From the IMG/VR virus record IMGVR_UViG_3300029288_005816, positions 1-64,000 of that record: a DNA stretch of 64,000 nt; one strand, given 5' to 3'. Positions 28,422 to 36,814 of the stretch are shown piece by piece. Made by a program: the position numbers and the translations under genes. The notes under the pieces are model-generated. The model searched no databases, was not told the origin of the DNA, and saw only the letters and a list, made by a program, of their open reading frames with translations. Source of the DNA: a virus. Lineage: Duplodnaviria > Caudoviricetes. Position 1 is the stretch's first letter. The number at the start of each line of letters is the position of its first letter.

Positions 28422-29936
28422 TTAGTCTTTAATTAGTTCAAAATCTGTGGTTCTGTATTTTTCATCGCTACCTTTTGAACCTGCATTGATAGCGTTTATT
28501 GAGCCATTCCCTTTAACAATAAACCTGTTTGGGTCGAATTTGAATTCTTTAATGAGGTAATCGGCAACTGATTGTGCTCTTTTTTCTGATAATGTTTTAT
28601 TAAAAGTTGGGTTTCCAGAATTATCAGTATTTCCTTCGATACGAATTCTGGCACCAGCATTTGTTTTAGCGATTTCAACAAATTCTCTGTTGATTTTTGC
28701 TTTTGCTTCTCCAGTTAAAGTATATGAACCAGTTGGGAAATTAATTGTAACTTTTTTTGTTGTATAAGCTGTTTTATTTTTTATATCTTCTGTAACAGGA
28801 GTAAATTTCTTATTTACTTCACACAAATGGCCATTTCCAGTAAGAGTAGAACTTTTTACCAATACAGCATCAGAAACATCTCTCCATAACAAAGGATTTT
28901 CAACCATTTTAATTTTTTGATATTCTCCAGACATAGAAGTATATAATAAATCACCAGTAACCCAATTGGCATCTCCAAGACCAAAGAAATTTTTATTATC
29001 TCCATGAGTTGTGTATCTTACATTTTCCATTGAAGCCAATGCATCTGATTCTGTCATTTGAAATTTATCTGCTAAAATTTTAGCGGCTTTATCTCTTGCA
29101 TTGTCTTTGTTTGCATTAAGTTCAGAAGCACCAACCATCCAACCATCATAGAGTTTTTGCAATTTTTCTAAATTATTTTTTACATATTCTTCTTTTGCGA
29201 TAAAACCATCTGCAATAATAAATGTGGCTTCTTTTGTACTTGCTAAAACTTTAGACCCTGATACTTTTTTCACACAATCTATATCATCTGGAGACCAAAC
29301 TACAGCTGCAGCAACAGTTCCTTGTTTAAATAAATTAGCAGCATCAATAGCATTTGGAACAGGTTTAATTTCAATGTCTTCCAATGTCATGTTATTGGCC
29401 TTCAATAAATTGATTAAAAACGAATGACTTGGAGTGCCTTCTGCAACAGCTACAGTTTTACCTTTAAGGTCTGATATTTTTTCTACAGACAAATCAACTA
29501 CAATAGCATCTCCACCACGAGACCAATCGGCCTGAAATAAAAATTTAGGATTTGAGAGCGCCATAGTTCCTTGTCTGCTCATCTCTGTTGGAAGAGCATC
29601 AACGGTACACCATAACAAATCTACTTCACCAGCTTCAAATGCTTTTCTGGAAGCAAGGAAATCGTCAAGAACAACAAACTGTACCTGGATACCATAATCT
29701 TTATAAAATCTACATTCCATATTTGGCTCAAATCCGTTATTCATATACTGCCCTGCAGCATATCCTGGCCATGTAACTACGCCAATTTTAATTACACCAC
29801 CGCTTTTAGTTTTTCCTGCGAATGAATTTATTTTATCCTGGAAGGAAAAATATAAAACCCCCAAAATTAAAACAACTATTGTAGCAAGTACAATCTTGCC
29901 TCTTGTTGTCAAACCACCTGTTTTTGTTGTTGTCAT
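28422..29936 (-). CDS. membrane-anchored PBP-II substrate-binding protein fused to OmpA-like C-terminal domain
   Basis: N-terminal TM; GVVTWPGYAAG, DWSRGGDAIV; IEGNTDNSG..LSEKRAQSVADYL. Confidence 0.88.
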   Translation of the reverse strand: MTTTKTGGLTTRGKIVLATIVVLILGVLYFSFQDKINSFAGKTKSGGVIKIGVVTWPGYAAGQYMNNGFEPNMECRFYKDYGIQVQFVVLDDFLASRKAFEAGEVDLLWCTVDALPTEMSRQGTMALSNPKFLFQADWSRGGDAIVVDLSVEKISDLKGKTVAVAEGTPSHSFLINLLKANNMTLEDIEIKPVPNAIDAANLFKQGTVAAAVVWSPDDIDCVKKVSGSKVLASTKEATFIIADGFIAKEEYVKNNLEKLQKLYDGWMVGASELNANKDNARDKAAKILADKFQMTESDALASMENVRYTTHGDNKNFFGLGDANWVTGDLLYTSMSGEYQKIKMVENPLLWRDVSDAVLVKSSTLTGNGHLCEVNKKFTPVTEDIKNKTAYTTKKVTINFPTGSYTLTGEAKAKINREFVEIAKTNAGARIRIEGNTDNSGNPTFNKTLSEKRAQSVADYLIKEFKFDPNRFIVKGNGSINAINAGSKGSDEKYRTTDFELIKD

Positions 29937-29988
29937 AAAATTTTAATTTTAAATTTAAATTAATAATAAATAATGTTTACGCCTAATT

Positions 29989-30012
29989 ATACGCAATTTT
30001 GTTTAAAAGGTT
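29989..30012 (-). promoter_or_regulatory. ECF-like promoter AAC-N16-CGTAT
   Basis: GTAAC...GCGTATAA. Confidence 0.65.
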
Positions 30013-30746
30013 ACACCAAATGTTAAATAAATCTTTTCCATTTGTGGATTAACGCACAGTTGAATATTAGATGGCAGAGTATAAGTTTCATTAAATTTTA
30101 TTTTATAATTATAAGCTGCGCCTACATTTACAACATTAAATCCATTTAATTTATTCAAATAAAAATCGCTTTGCCCAGTAATTGCCCCAACATATATTTC
30201 CCAATCTTCACAAAGATATCTTGTTTCAAGATATGTGGTATATTTACTATTTCCATTTTCAGATAAATCCCATCCACTATATAATAATGTTGATGCTGTC
30301 AATCTAATGGGAATTTTATTTGTACCCATAAATGTTAAATCACACATGATATGATGATATCCAGCTGTATCCGAATAATTAAAACAATCTTGGTTATTTC
30401 CAGTTAAATCAATATAAAAATCTGTAGCAGAAAGTTTTAAAAACTTATATGTATACGAGGCATATAAATCAGCTTCATAATAATTATTTAAAACACTTAC
30501 TGAACCAATTGTGCCAACTTCTATGTTTCCAGTTTTAAGTGACAAAATTGGTTGAATATTTGGTCTATTATCAAGCATTGTTCCCCTCCACACGTATTGG
30601 CTAACCACTCCAGCACCCGCAAATGTTTCTATTTTAATTTTGTTCACATCAGTTTTTGATGTATCTACTGTTTGGCCAGAAGCACGTAATACAAATAATA
30701 CGGTTAATCCAGCAAGTAATGATATAAAAATAATAAATTTTTTCAT
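30003..30746 (-). CDS. outer-membrane beta-barrel protein (TorF/Gcw_chp-like)
   Basis: Signal peptide; SQYVWRG; C-terminal aromatic FGVTF. Confidence 0.75.
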   Translation of the reverse strand: MKKFIIFISLLAGLTVLFVLRASGQTVDTSKTDVNKIKIETFAGAGVVSQYVWRGTMLDNRPNIQPILSLKTGNIEVGTIGSVSVLNNYYEADLYASYTYKFLKLSATDFYIDLTGNNQDCFNYSDTAGYHHIMCDLTFMGTNKIPIRLTASTLLYSGWDLSENGNSKYTTYLETRYLCEDWEIYVGAITGQSDFYLNKLNGFNVVNVGAAYNYKIKFNETYTLPSNIQLCVNPQMEKIYLTFGVTF

Positions 30747-30802
30747 TTTAAATCTTCTTTTAAAGTATTGCATAATTATGTTATTTAATGTTATTTAATT
30801 AT

Positions 30803-31825
30803 TTAAAAATATTTACCTGATAAAGGGTCTTTTTGCAAAGTTTTAGCAGTTTCATTTAATGTAGGAATTTCAAACTTATTTGATAGTAAAACTTTTTCTT
30901 TCCCTGAATTTACATCAAAATCATTAAAGAAAGAATCAAATCCACCCTGTTCATATTCTTCTAGCATACGCATTCCGTCTTCTGCAAAAATACCTTGTTC
31001 AATATCAATTCCTTGAACCAATCCTTCAGACATATCCATAAACCTATCCATAGTGCCAAGTTTTTGAGAGACTTCTTCTTCCATTTTTTCAAGAGCCAAC
31101 TCAAACATAGCCCTTTCATTTGGGTCGCCATTCAAAATAGACATACTTGAAACTAATGCCGCATAACCTTGTTTAATAGTTTTGTATTCTATTTCTTTTT
31201 GTTCCATTTCATCTTTTAAATCCTCTATTACGATGCCAGAAACTTCATACATTTTTTTCAAAACAGTATAAATTTTCTGAATTTTTGCAAGTAAATCGGA
31301 TAATTTAATAGTAGTTTCTCTTCTACGACCAGCTTTCCTAGACTCAAGGTAAACTTGCCCTTTTAATTCTTTTTCTTTAGCAGATGATGCAATTTTTAAA
31401 CTTCTCTCAATATTTTGTTTGTTTTCACTTATTTTTCTTTCTAATCCACGAATTTCCCCAGAAAGTTTAGCAATATGGTCATTCATTTTTTCATGATTTT
31501 TTTCCAAATTTTCAATATGAATTTTAATAATTGCGATTGGATTAAGCTCAACAAAAATGCCAGTAATATAACGCATAAACATCTTAAATCCGAAAGAAAA
31601 AAGGGTTCTTATTTTTTTGTTTGTTACAAGAAAAATAAGTAAAACAATTGCCCCAAGAAGAAGCATGGCATGGAGAGTATTGGTTAAAAGAACTATAATA
31701 AATGGAAGCGCTTTATATAACAAATATGCTCCACCAATTCCCAATAAAACTAAAACCCATTTTCCGACTTTACCTTCCGGCTTATCGAAAAATCCTTTAA
31801 CTCCTTTTTCTAAACTATTTTCCAT
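30803..31825 (-). CDS. membrane-anchored coiled-coil protein, PspA/IM30-like
   Basis: 2-3 TM then long heptad region; NPIAII. Confidence 0.6.
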   Translation of the reverse strand: MENSLEKGVKGFFDKPEGKVGKWVLVLLGIGGAYLLYKALPFIIVLLTNTLHAMLLLGAIVLLIFLVTNKKIRTLFSFGFKMFMRYITGIFVELNPIAIIKIHIENLEKNHEKMNDHIAKLSGEIRGLERKISENKQNIERSLKIASSAKEKELKGQVYLESRKAGRRRETTIKLSDLLAKIQKIYTVLKKMYEVSGIVIEDLKDEMEQKEIEYKTIKQGYAALVSSMSILNGDPNERAMFELALEKMEEEVSQKLGTMDRFMDMSEGLVQGIDIEQGIFAEDGMRMLEEYEQGGFDSFFNDFDVNSGKEKVLLSNKFEIPTLNETAKTLQKDPLSGKYF

Positions 31826-31848
31826 TTTTAAATTTTTAAAATTAATAA

Positions 31849-32547
31849 TTATTGAATATGTTGATTTATTTTTTCCTTGTATCCTAAGATTTGATTTTCC
31901 AATTGTTGAATTGTTATATCAAAATCTGCTTGCTTCTGGGCAATTGCAAATTTAGACTGTTCTACTTCTGCTTTTGTTGTAGCAACAGTATTACTTATCT
32001 CTTGAATTTCTTGAGTAAGCTTTTGTATTTGTGCTGCTTTTTCTTGAGCAGTTTTTGATAACTGTTCAATGTAGCTTTCTTTTTTATCCACCATTTCGAC
32101 GGTTGCCTTACCCATTTCTTTTTGAAATACTGCCTTTTCATTGTCAATGACATCAATATAATGGTCAATCGACTCGGTAAGATGCTCTTTGGTCATTCCA
32201 CCAGACGAATTTGCAAGGGTTGCAAAAACCATATTAAATTTCGTTTTTTCATCAACCGACAAACTTGACATCTTGTTAAGAGACTGCATAAATTCAAAAA
32301 AATCATTGCCATCAAGATTATTTTCTTCAATAGCAACAGATAGTTTTTCATAAATGTCATTATCAATTTTACCAATCACCTGACCAGGTGTAGAATTAAC
32401 TGCTGAAGTGAAAAAAATTGACGGTTTTTTTGACTCTGTTGCAGAACCTTGTTTAGTTTCTGTTTTATTTTCAGAAGAATTTTGCTTTGTAGTTTTTTCT
32501 TCTACTTCGACCTCTTTTACAAGACCTAATTTGTTTAGTATGTTCAT
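31849..32547 (-). CDS. hypothetical coiled-coil protein (first gene of membrane operon)
   Basis: NNLDGNDFFEF; long coiled coil. Confidence 0.7.
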   Translation of the reverse strand: MNILNKLGLVKEVEVEEKTTKQNSSENKTETKQGSATESKKPSIFFTSAVNSTPGQVIGKIDNDIYEKLSVAIEENNLDGNDFFEFMQSLNKMSSLSVDEKTKFNMVFATLANSSGGMTKEHLTESIDHYIDVIDNEKAVFQKEMGKATVEMVDKKESYIEQLSKTAQEKAAQIQKLTQEIQEISNTVATTKAEVEQSKFAIAQKQADFDITIQQLENQILGYKEKINQHIQ

Positions 32548-32582
32548 AATATTATTATATTAAATTGTTAATTTTTCAGTTT

Positions 32583-32606
32583 ATACGAGAAAATTTGAAA
32601 TTTGTT
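32583..32606 (-). promoter_or_regulatory. ECF-like promoter AAC-N16-CGTAT
   Basis: ATAAC...TCGTATAA. Confidence 0.7.
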
Positions 32607-32794
32607 ATATTTTTTTAAAAATATAATTAAATATCAGATAGAAAATTCAATCTATAATATTATATTTCAGCCACAAATCATCCATCTGAATATATTTTTA
32701 TTACTTTGACTATTTGGCCATTTTCAACTGATAATTGATGTTAACGTCTTTTATTACATTAAAAGATACAATTACTTCTACTGTATCTCCAGGA

Positions 32795-33227
32795 TTATAC
32801 ATAAATTAAACTATCTATAAATTGAAATAAACAATTTTCTGAAACATTGAACCATTCAGTCCTACCATCACTTTTTTTGTTTATTATATAAGTTGGATGT
32901 TTTATTCTGTTTTTTTTAAAATGTTCAAATACTTTGTTTTCAAAAGCCCCCCATGTTTTCATAAATCACTCTGCATGTAATAATTTTACCTCCACTATAA
33001 TATTTTGAGTTCAATTCTCTGCACCTTCTGTTTATATCTATGGAAACACCTACCTTATATATGTGGTATTTTGAATCATATAAAACATATAAATGTTGCT
33101 CTTCTTTGCTATAATATTTTTTGCATTTAGGACATCCGTTTCCACTTAAATGCGAAGTCGGAGCTTGTTCAAAAACCCCATGAATTGGACAAATTATCTT
33201 TACCTTTAATCCATCAACAAAACAAAG
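32795..33227 (-). pseudogene. relic endonuclease: one DUF723-like repeat plus GIY-YIG/T5orf172-like domain
   Basis: KVKIICPIHGVFEQAPTSHLSGNGCPKC, YKVGVS..RR..L, GRTEWF; no start codon; frameshift in G6 run near 32950. Confidence 0.7.
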
Positions 33228-34115
33228 TTATTTATAAAGATTGTTTTTTAAAATATAATCTATTACTTTTTCGTCTAAAATCTCTTTTAATTTATCTTTA
33301 GATGGATTTTTCTCTTTTAAGATATTTCTTGCCATTGTAGAAGAGACAGCAGGTATGTGAAATTTTTCCTCATCATGAATATAAATATGCGGTGATTGTA
33401 AATACCATTTCACACACTCATCTCTTTTGACGCCATTTCTTGGCACTACTATAAAAGGAACATCCATTTTTAGTAACTCTTCAAAATTGTACCAATCTTT
33501 TATTGTATTGGCTCTATCGATACCCATTACAAAAGAAAATCTATAATTTTCATACTCTTTATCATGAATCAATTTATTGAGCATGTGATAGGTTTCACCG
33601 TGCAATTGATGTTTTATTTCATAATCGCAGACTTTTATTCTGCCATCATTACTTGCAGCTATTTTTAGCATTTTAATTCTATGTTCTGAAGAGAGCATTT
33701 GCTTTCCATCCATATGTTGAAAAGCTGGCATCATCCAGACTTCATCAGCCCATTTACTTGCTTTTAAAACAAGATTCGCAATCCCTATATGTGCTTTAGT
33801 ACAGCAATCAAAAGCACCCCCCAAGATTGCCACTTGAGTCTTTCTTCCTCTACCTTTATATTGAAGCATTCTTCTTCTAATCTTTGCTTCATTACTTTTG
33901 ACAAGTTCAGAAATATCCCATCCACTTTCATTGCAAAGCTGAATAAGACTTGCGAGTAAATCACCTGCTTCTTCTTTTAAATTTGTTAAATCTGTATAAT
34001 TACAAAGTTCTCTACATTCTCCTGAAATATCTTCCAATCTTTTAGTAAGTGAAGTATGTACAAAAGCTTCTAAAAATACTTTATTTACAATCTCTTGTAA
34101 TTCTTTGTGCTCCAT
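33228..34115 (-). CDS. nadD: MazG-like pyrophosphohydrolase fused to nicotinate-nucleotide adenylyltransferase
   Basis: N-terminal E..EL..LKEEAGDLL; GGAFDCCTKAH, HRIKML, MGIDRA..WY..EELL, SSTMARN. Confidence 0.8.
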   Translation of the reverse strand: MEHKELQEIVNKVFLEAFVHTSLTKRLEDISGECRELCNYTDLTNLKEEAGDLLASLIQLCNESGWDISELVKSNEAKIRRRMLQYKGRGRKTQVAILGGAFDCCTKAHIGIANLVLKASKWADEVWMMPAFQHMDGKQMLSSEHRIKMLKIAASNDGRIKVCDYEIKHQLHGETYHMLNKLIHDKEYENYRFSFVMGIDRANTIKDWYNFEELLKMDVPFIVVPRNGVKRDECVKWYLQSPHIYIHDEEKFHIPAVSSTMARNILKEKNPSKDKLKEILDEKVIDYILKNNLYK

Positions 34116-34116
34116 A

Positions 34117-34317
34117 TTAACCTTTCAAAATTTGTTTTTTTTCTTTATAAGGAAAGTATCTTCCAACAATTACCCCTAACAAGAAGATTATAATTGCTAA
34201 AAGCCCAAGTACTGCTTTAAAAATAAAGACTCCAAACGCAAAAACATAAGAGCCGACAAAACAAGCAGCAACAATTGCTGCAATAATAAAAATGATAATT
34301 AAATATTTTTTTTTCAT
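34117..34317 (-). CDS. small membrane protein
   Basis: Two TM segments. Confidence 0.65.
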   Translation of the reverse strand: MKKKYLIIIFIIAAIVAACFVGSYVFAFGVFIFKAVLGLLAIIIFLLGVIVGRYFPYKEKKQILKG

Positions 34318-34345
34318 ATTAAATTTGTTTTTAAATTAATATTTT

Positions 34346-34369
34346 ATACGTACAAAATTAAAAAAAGTT
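34346..34369 (-). promoter_or_regulatory. ECF-like promoter AAC-N16-CGTAT
   Basis: TGAAAC...ACGTATAA. Confidence 0.7.
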
Positions 34370-34378
34370 TCAGATATA

Positions 34379-34462
34379 AAAAAATCGAAAGACATATTGT
34401 TTCTTGAAATGTCCTTCGATTTTTTATCGGACATGTCCGATATTTATCGGACATGTCCGATA
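34379..34462. repeat. hairpin plus tandem duplication of perfect 18-bp palindrome TATCGGACATGTCCGATA
   Basis: Palindromes at 34425-34442 and 34445-34462; related arms ATCGAAAGACAT/ATGTCCTTCGAT upstream. Confidence 0.9.
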
Positions 34463-34463
34463 T

Positions 34464-34988
34464 TTATAATTTTATTTTTTTTGGAATTCCATTCATAGCA
34501 AGATAAAAATTACTATATTCTTGAAGATGTGTGACTTCTTCTCCGAACCATGATGGTGCAATAAAAGAATCACAATCTAATTCATTATCAAATTCTACTT
34601 CTACAGTATATAGTCCATTTAAATTATTTTTATATACATCCAGATAAGCTCTTTGTTTATGCCCTTCAAGAGGTAATTCATATCTATATTTATGAACAGA
34701 TATGTTTTTACATAATGGCCATAATATGTGAAATTGAGGTTTTAAAAGTTCAACTTCGTATTCTTCTCTAATTTTAGTTCCAGTCCCTTTAATTGTTTGA
34801 TAGCATTGCTCTCCAAGATTATAATTTGTTGGAGACATATGCAATACTTGCCTAAGCCTATATATATAACTACTTCCTAAAAAATTTTGAATATATCCTT
34901 GATTAATATCCCTATAAGCTTGCTTTGACAAATCTGGTAAATTTTCAACCAATACAATAAATTTTCTTTCAATCTCTATGTTTTTCAT
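34464..34988 (-). CDS. CYTH domain protein
   Basis: EIERKF, INQGY, KYRY, YLDVY, VEVEF. Confidence 0.88.
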   Translation of the reverse strand: MKNIEIERKFIVLVENLPDLSKQAYRDINQGYIQNFLGSSYIYRLRQVLHMSPTNYNLGEQCYQTIKGTGTKIREEYEVELLKPQFHILWPLCKNISVHKYRYELPLEGHKQRAYLDVYKNNLNGLYTVEVEFDNELDCDSFIAPSWFGEEVTHLQEYSNFYLAMNGIPKKIKL

Positions 34989-35389
34989 ATCTTTAATTTT
35001 TTACATTTTTTTAAAGAAAGGCACGCTATTTCTTTTACTATTTTTTCAAAAATTTCTTTAATTTCTTTTTCATCATTAGCTTTGTCGATTTTTAATGCTA
35101 TCTCTTCCTTTTTTTCTATTGACAAATTGCCATAACAAAAAATTTTATTACAGTAAATTGCTTTTTTATTAAGAAAGCCCATTTCATCTAGTTTCTTTTT
35201 CATTTCGAAAACACTATCCATATATTTAGATGATAAGTCATCATTAATATTCTTAAAAATTTCAAATAATTCTTGCTGTTGATTTTCATCTAAACAACAA
35301 TTTGCAAAAAATAAGGCAATTTTTTCTTCAGTTTCTTTAGAAAAAACTTCTTTCAGATTAACTTTTTTTAATTTTTCGATATAATTCAT
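34985..35389 (-). CDS. hypothetical protein
   Basis: Operonic ORF. Confidence 0.6.
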   Translation of the reverse strand: MNYIEKLKKVNLKEVFSKETEEKIALFFANCCLDENQQQELFEIFKNINDDLSSKYMDSVFEMKKKLDEMGFLNKKAIYCNKIFCYGNLSIEKKEEIALKIDKANDEKEIKEIFEKIVKEIACLSLKKCKKLKI

Positions 35390-35444
35390 ATTTTTAATTT
35401 TTTTTCTTTTTTATTTATAAAACACTGCTAATATATTTATTATC

Positions 35445-36335
35445 TTATTTAATATAAGATTGAACTAAGTTATAGTTTCTTTTTTTACTTAAAATTTTTA
35501 AAGCATCTTTTCTTATTTGTCTTATTCTTTCTTTTGTTAAATCAAGTATCTCTCCTATTTCATCAAGACTCTTTGGCTCTTGGCCATTTAATCCATAGTA
35601 AAGTTCAATAACTAATCTATGATTTTTTGGCATATTATTTAATATATTATTGATTACTAATTTTAAATCTTCATCTTCTAATTTTTCATCAGTTTTTTTA
35701 AAGGTATAATCAGGAATTAAATTTTCAAGAGTAAAACTCTCAAATTTTGAGTTATTATTTGATACTTCAACGTTTAAAGATTGAAATCCTTTGTCAATCA
35801 AAAATATATTCTCAAAATCTTCGGGACTAATATCAAAATCGAGTATTTCAATAGTTTCATCTGTTGTCGGTTTTCTTTGATGAATTTGTTCAAATTTATC
35901 TTGAACTTTTTTTATTTTATTTAATTGCCCTATCTTATTAAGAGGAAGTCGTATACCTTTTAAGTTTTCATTTAGATAACACATTATAGATTGTCTTATC
36001 CACCACACAGCATAAGATATAAATTTACATCCTCTTGTAGAATCATATCTTCTAGCCGCTTTTATGAGCCCAATATTTCCTTCACTCACTAAATCCTCCA
36101 ATGAACATCCTTCGTTCTGATATTGTTTTGCCACGCTAATGACAAACCTCAAATTTCTTTCTATTAATTCAGTTTCTGCTTCTTTATCTCCATTTTTTAT
36201 TTTTAAAGCTAATTCTACTTCTTCATCTGGAGTTAAATTTGTGTTTTTTCCTAACTTTGACACCTCTTGTAGGTAACGATTAAATGATGCTGTTTCTCGT
36301 TTTGTAATTTGATTTGCTATTTTTAGTTGTTTCAT
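35445..36335 (-). CDS. RNA polymerase sigma-70 factor (RpoD/SigA-like, Bacteroidota style)
   Basis: SFNRYLQEV, NLRFVISVAKQYQ, DLVSEGNIGLIKAA..FISYAVWWIRQSI, SLDEIG..LTKERIRQI. Confidence 0.93.
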   Translation of the reverse strand: MKQLKIANQITKRETASFNRYLQEVSKLGKNTNLTPDEEVELALKIKNGDKEAETELIERNLRFVISVAKQYQNEGCSLEDLVSEGNIGLIKAARRYDSTRGCKFISYAVWWIRQSIMCYLNENLKGIRLPLNKIGQLNKIKKVQDKFEQIHQRKPTTDETIEILDFDISPEDFENIFLIDKGFQSLNVEVSNNNSKFESFTLENLIPDYTFKKTDEKLEDEDLKLVINNILNNMPKNHRLVIELYYGLNGQEPKSLDEIGEILDLTKERIRQIRKDALKILSKKRNYNLVQSYIK

Positions 36336-36361
36336 TGTAAGTTAATTTAAGTTTTTTATTG

Positions 36362-36385
36362 ATACGATAAAAACAAAAAAAAGTT
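36362..36385 (-). promoter_or_regulatory. ECF-like promoter AAC-N16-CGTAT upstream of sigma gene
   Basis: TGAAAC...TCGTATC. Confidence 0.7.
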
Positions 36386-36387
36386 TC

Positions 36388-36420
36388 AAAAAAAAACCTT
36401 CAAACAACAGTTTGAAGGTT
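36388..36420 (-). terminator. terminator of tmRNA gene
   Basis: AACCTTCAAAC-TGTT-GTTTGAAGGTT followed by T-run on minus strand. Confidence 0.85.
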
Positions 36421-36660
36421 ACTTACCTGCTTACGCTACAAGAACGCTTACAGGCGCTTGGCTGTAACTCATTTGAGCTAGAGCTGCTGCTTTTTTTATA
36501 AAATTTTCGCCGTTTAAAGCTATATTAATATTCTTTTCTTATTTGCAATGTTTTATTCTAATGCAGCACGCCCCCATATATACTTGTGAATCTGAGTGGA
36601 AGCGCCATCTTCGACGATGGGTCATAAAATATCTCAATAAAAATACAAACGAATATTAAT
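36421..36660 (-). ncRNA. ssrA: circularly permuted (two-piece) tmRNA
   Basis: Acceptor piece first (T-arm CCATC-GTCGAA-GATGG, 3' strand CGCTTCC-A at 36604-36597), 21-nt spacer, then coding piece starting GGGGGCG (36575); G3:U70 and A73; three P2 helices; tag ORF 36511-36431. Confidence 0.85.
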
Positions 36661-36666
36661 TTCTTG

Positions 36667-36697
36667 TAAATATATGAAAAAAAAATGAAATATCAAA
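36667..36697 (-). promoter_or_regulatory. near-consensus Bacteroidota promoter for tmRNA
   Basis: TTTG-N19-TATATTTA ending just before the predicted 5' end. Confidence 0.55.
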
Positions 36698-36814
36698 ATT
36701 TTAAATATTTTTTTCACTCCTGCAAAAATAAAAAAGTTATACTTTAACAATTGATAAAATAAAAATTTTTTTATAAATTTAAAAATACTTTATTATTTAT
36801 AAAAAAATTGATTT

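Noticed and set aside
34423-34462. CRISPR repeat
   Set aside because: Two abutting 20-nt units with no spacer.
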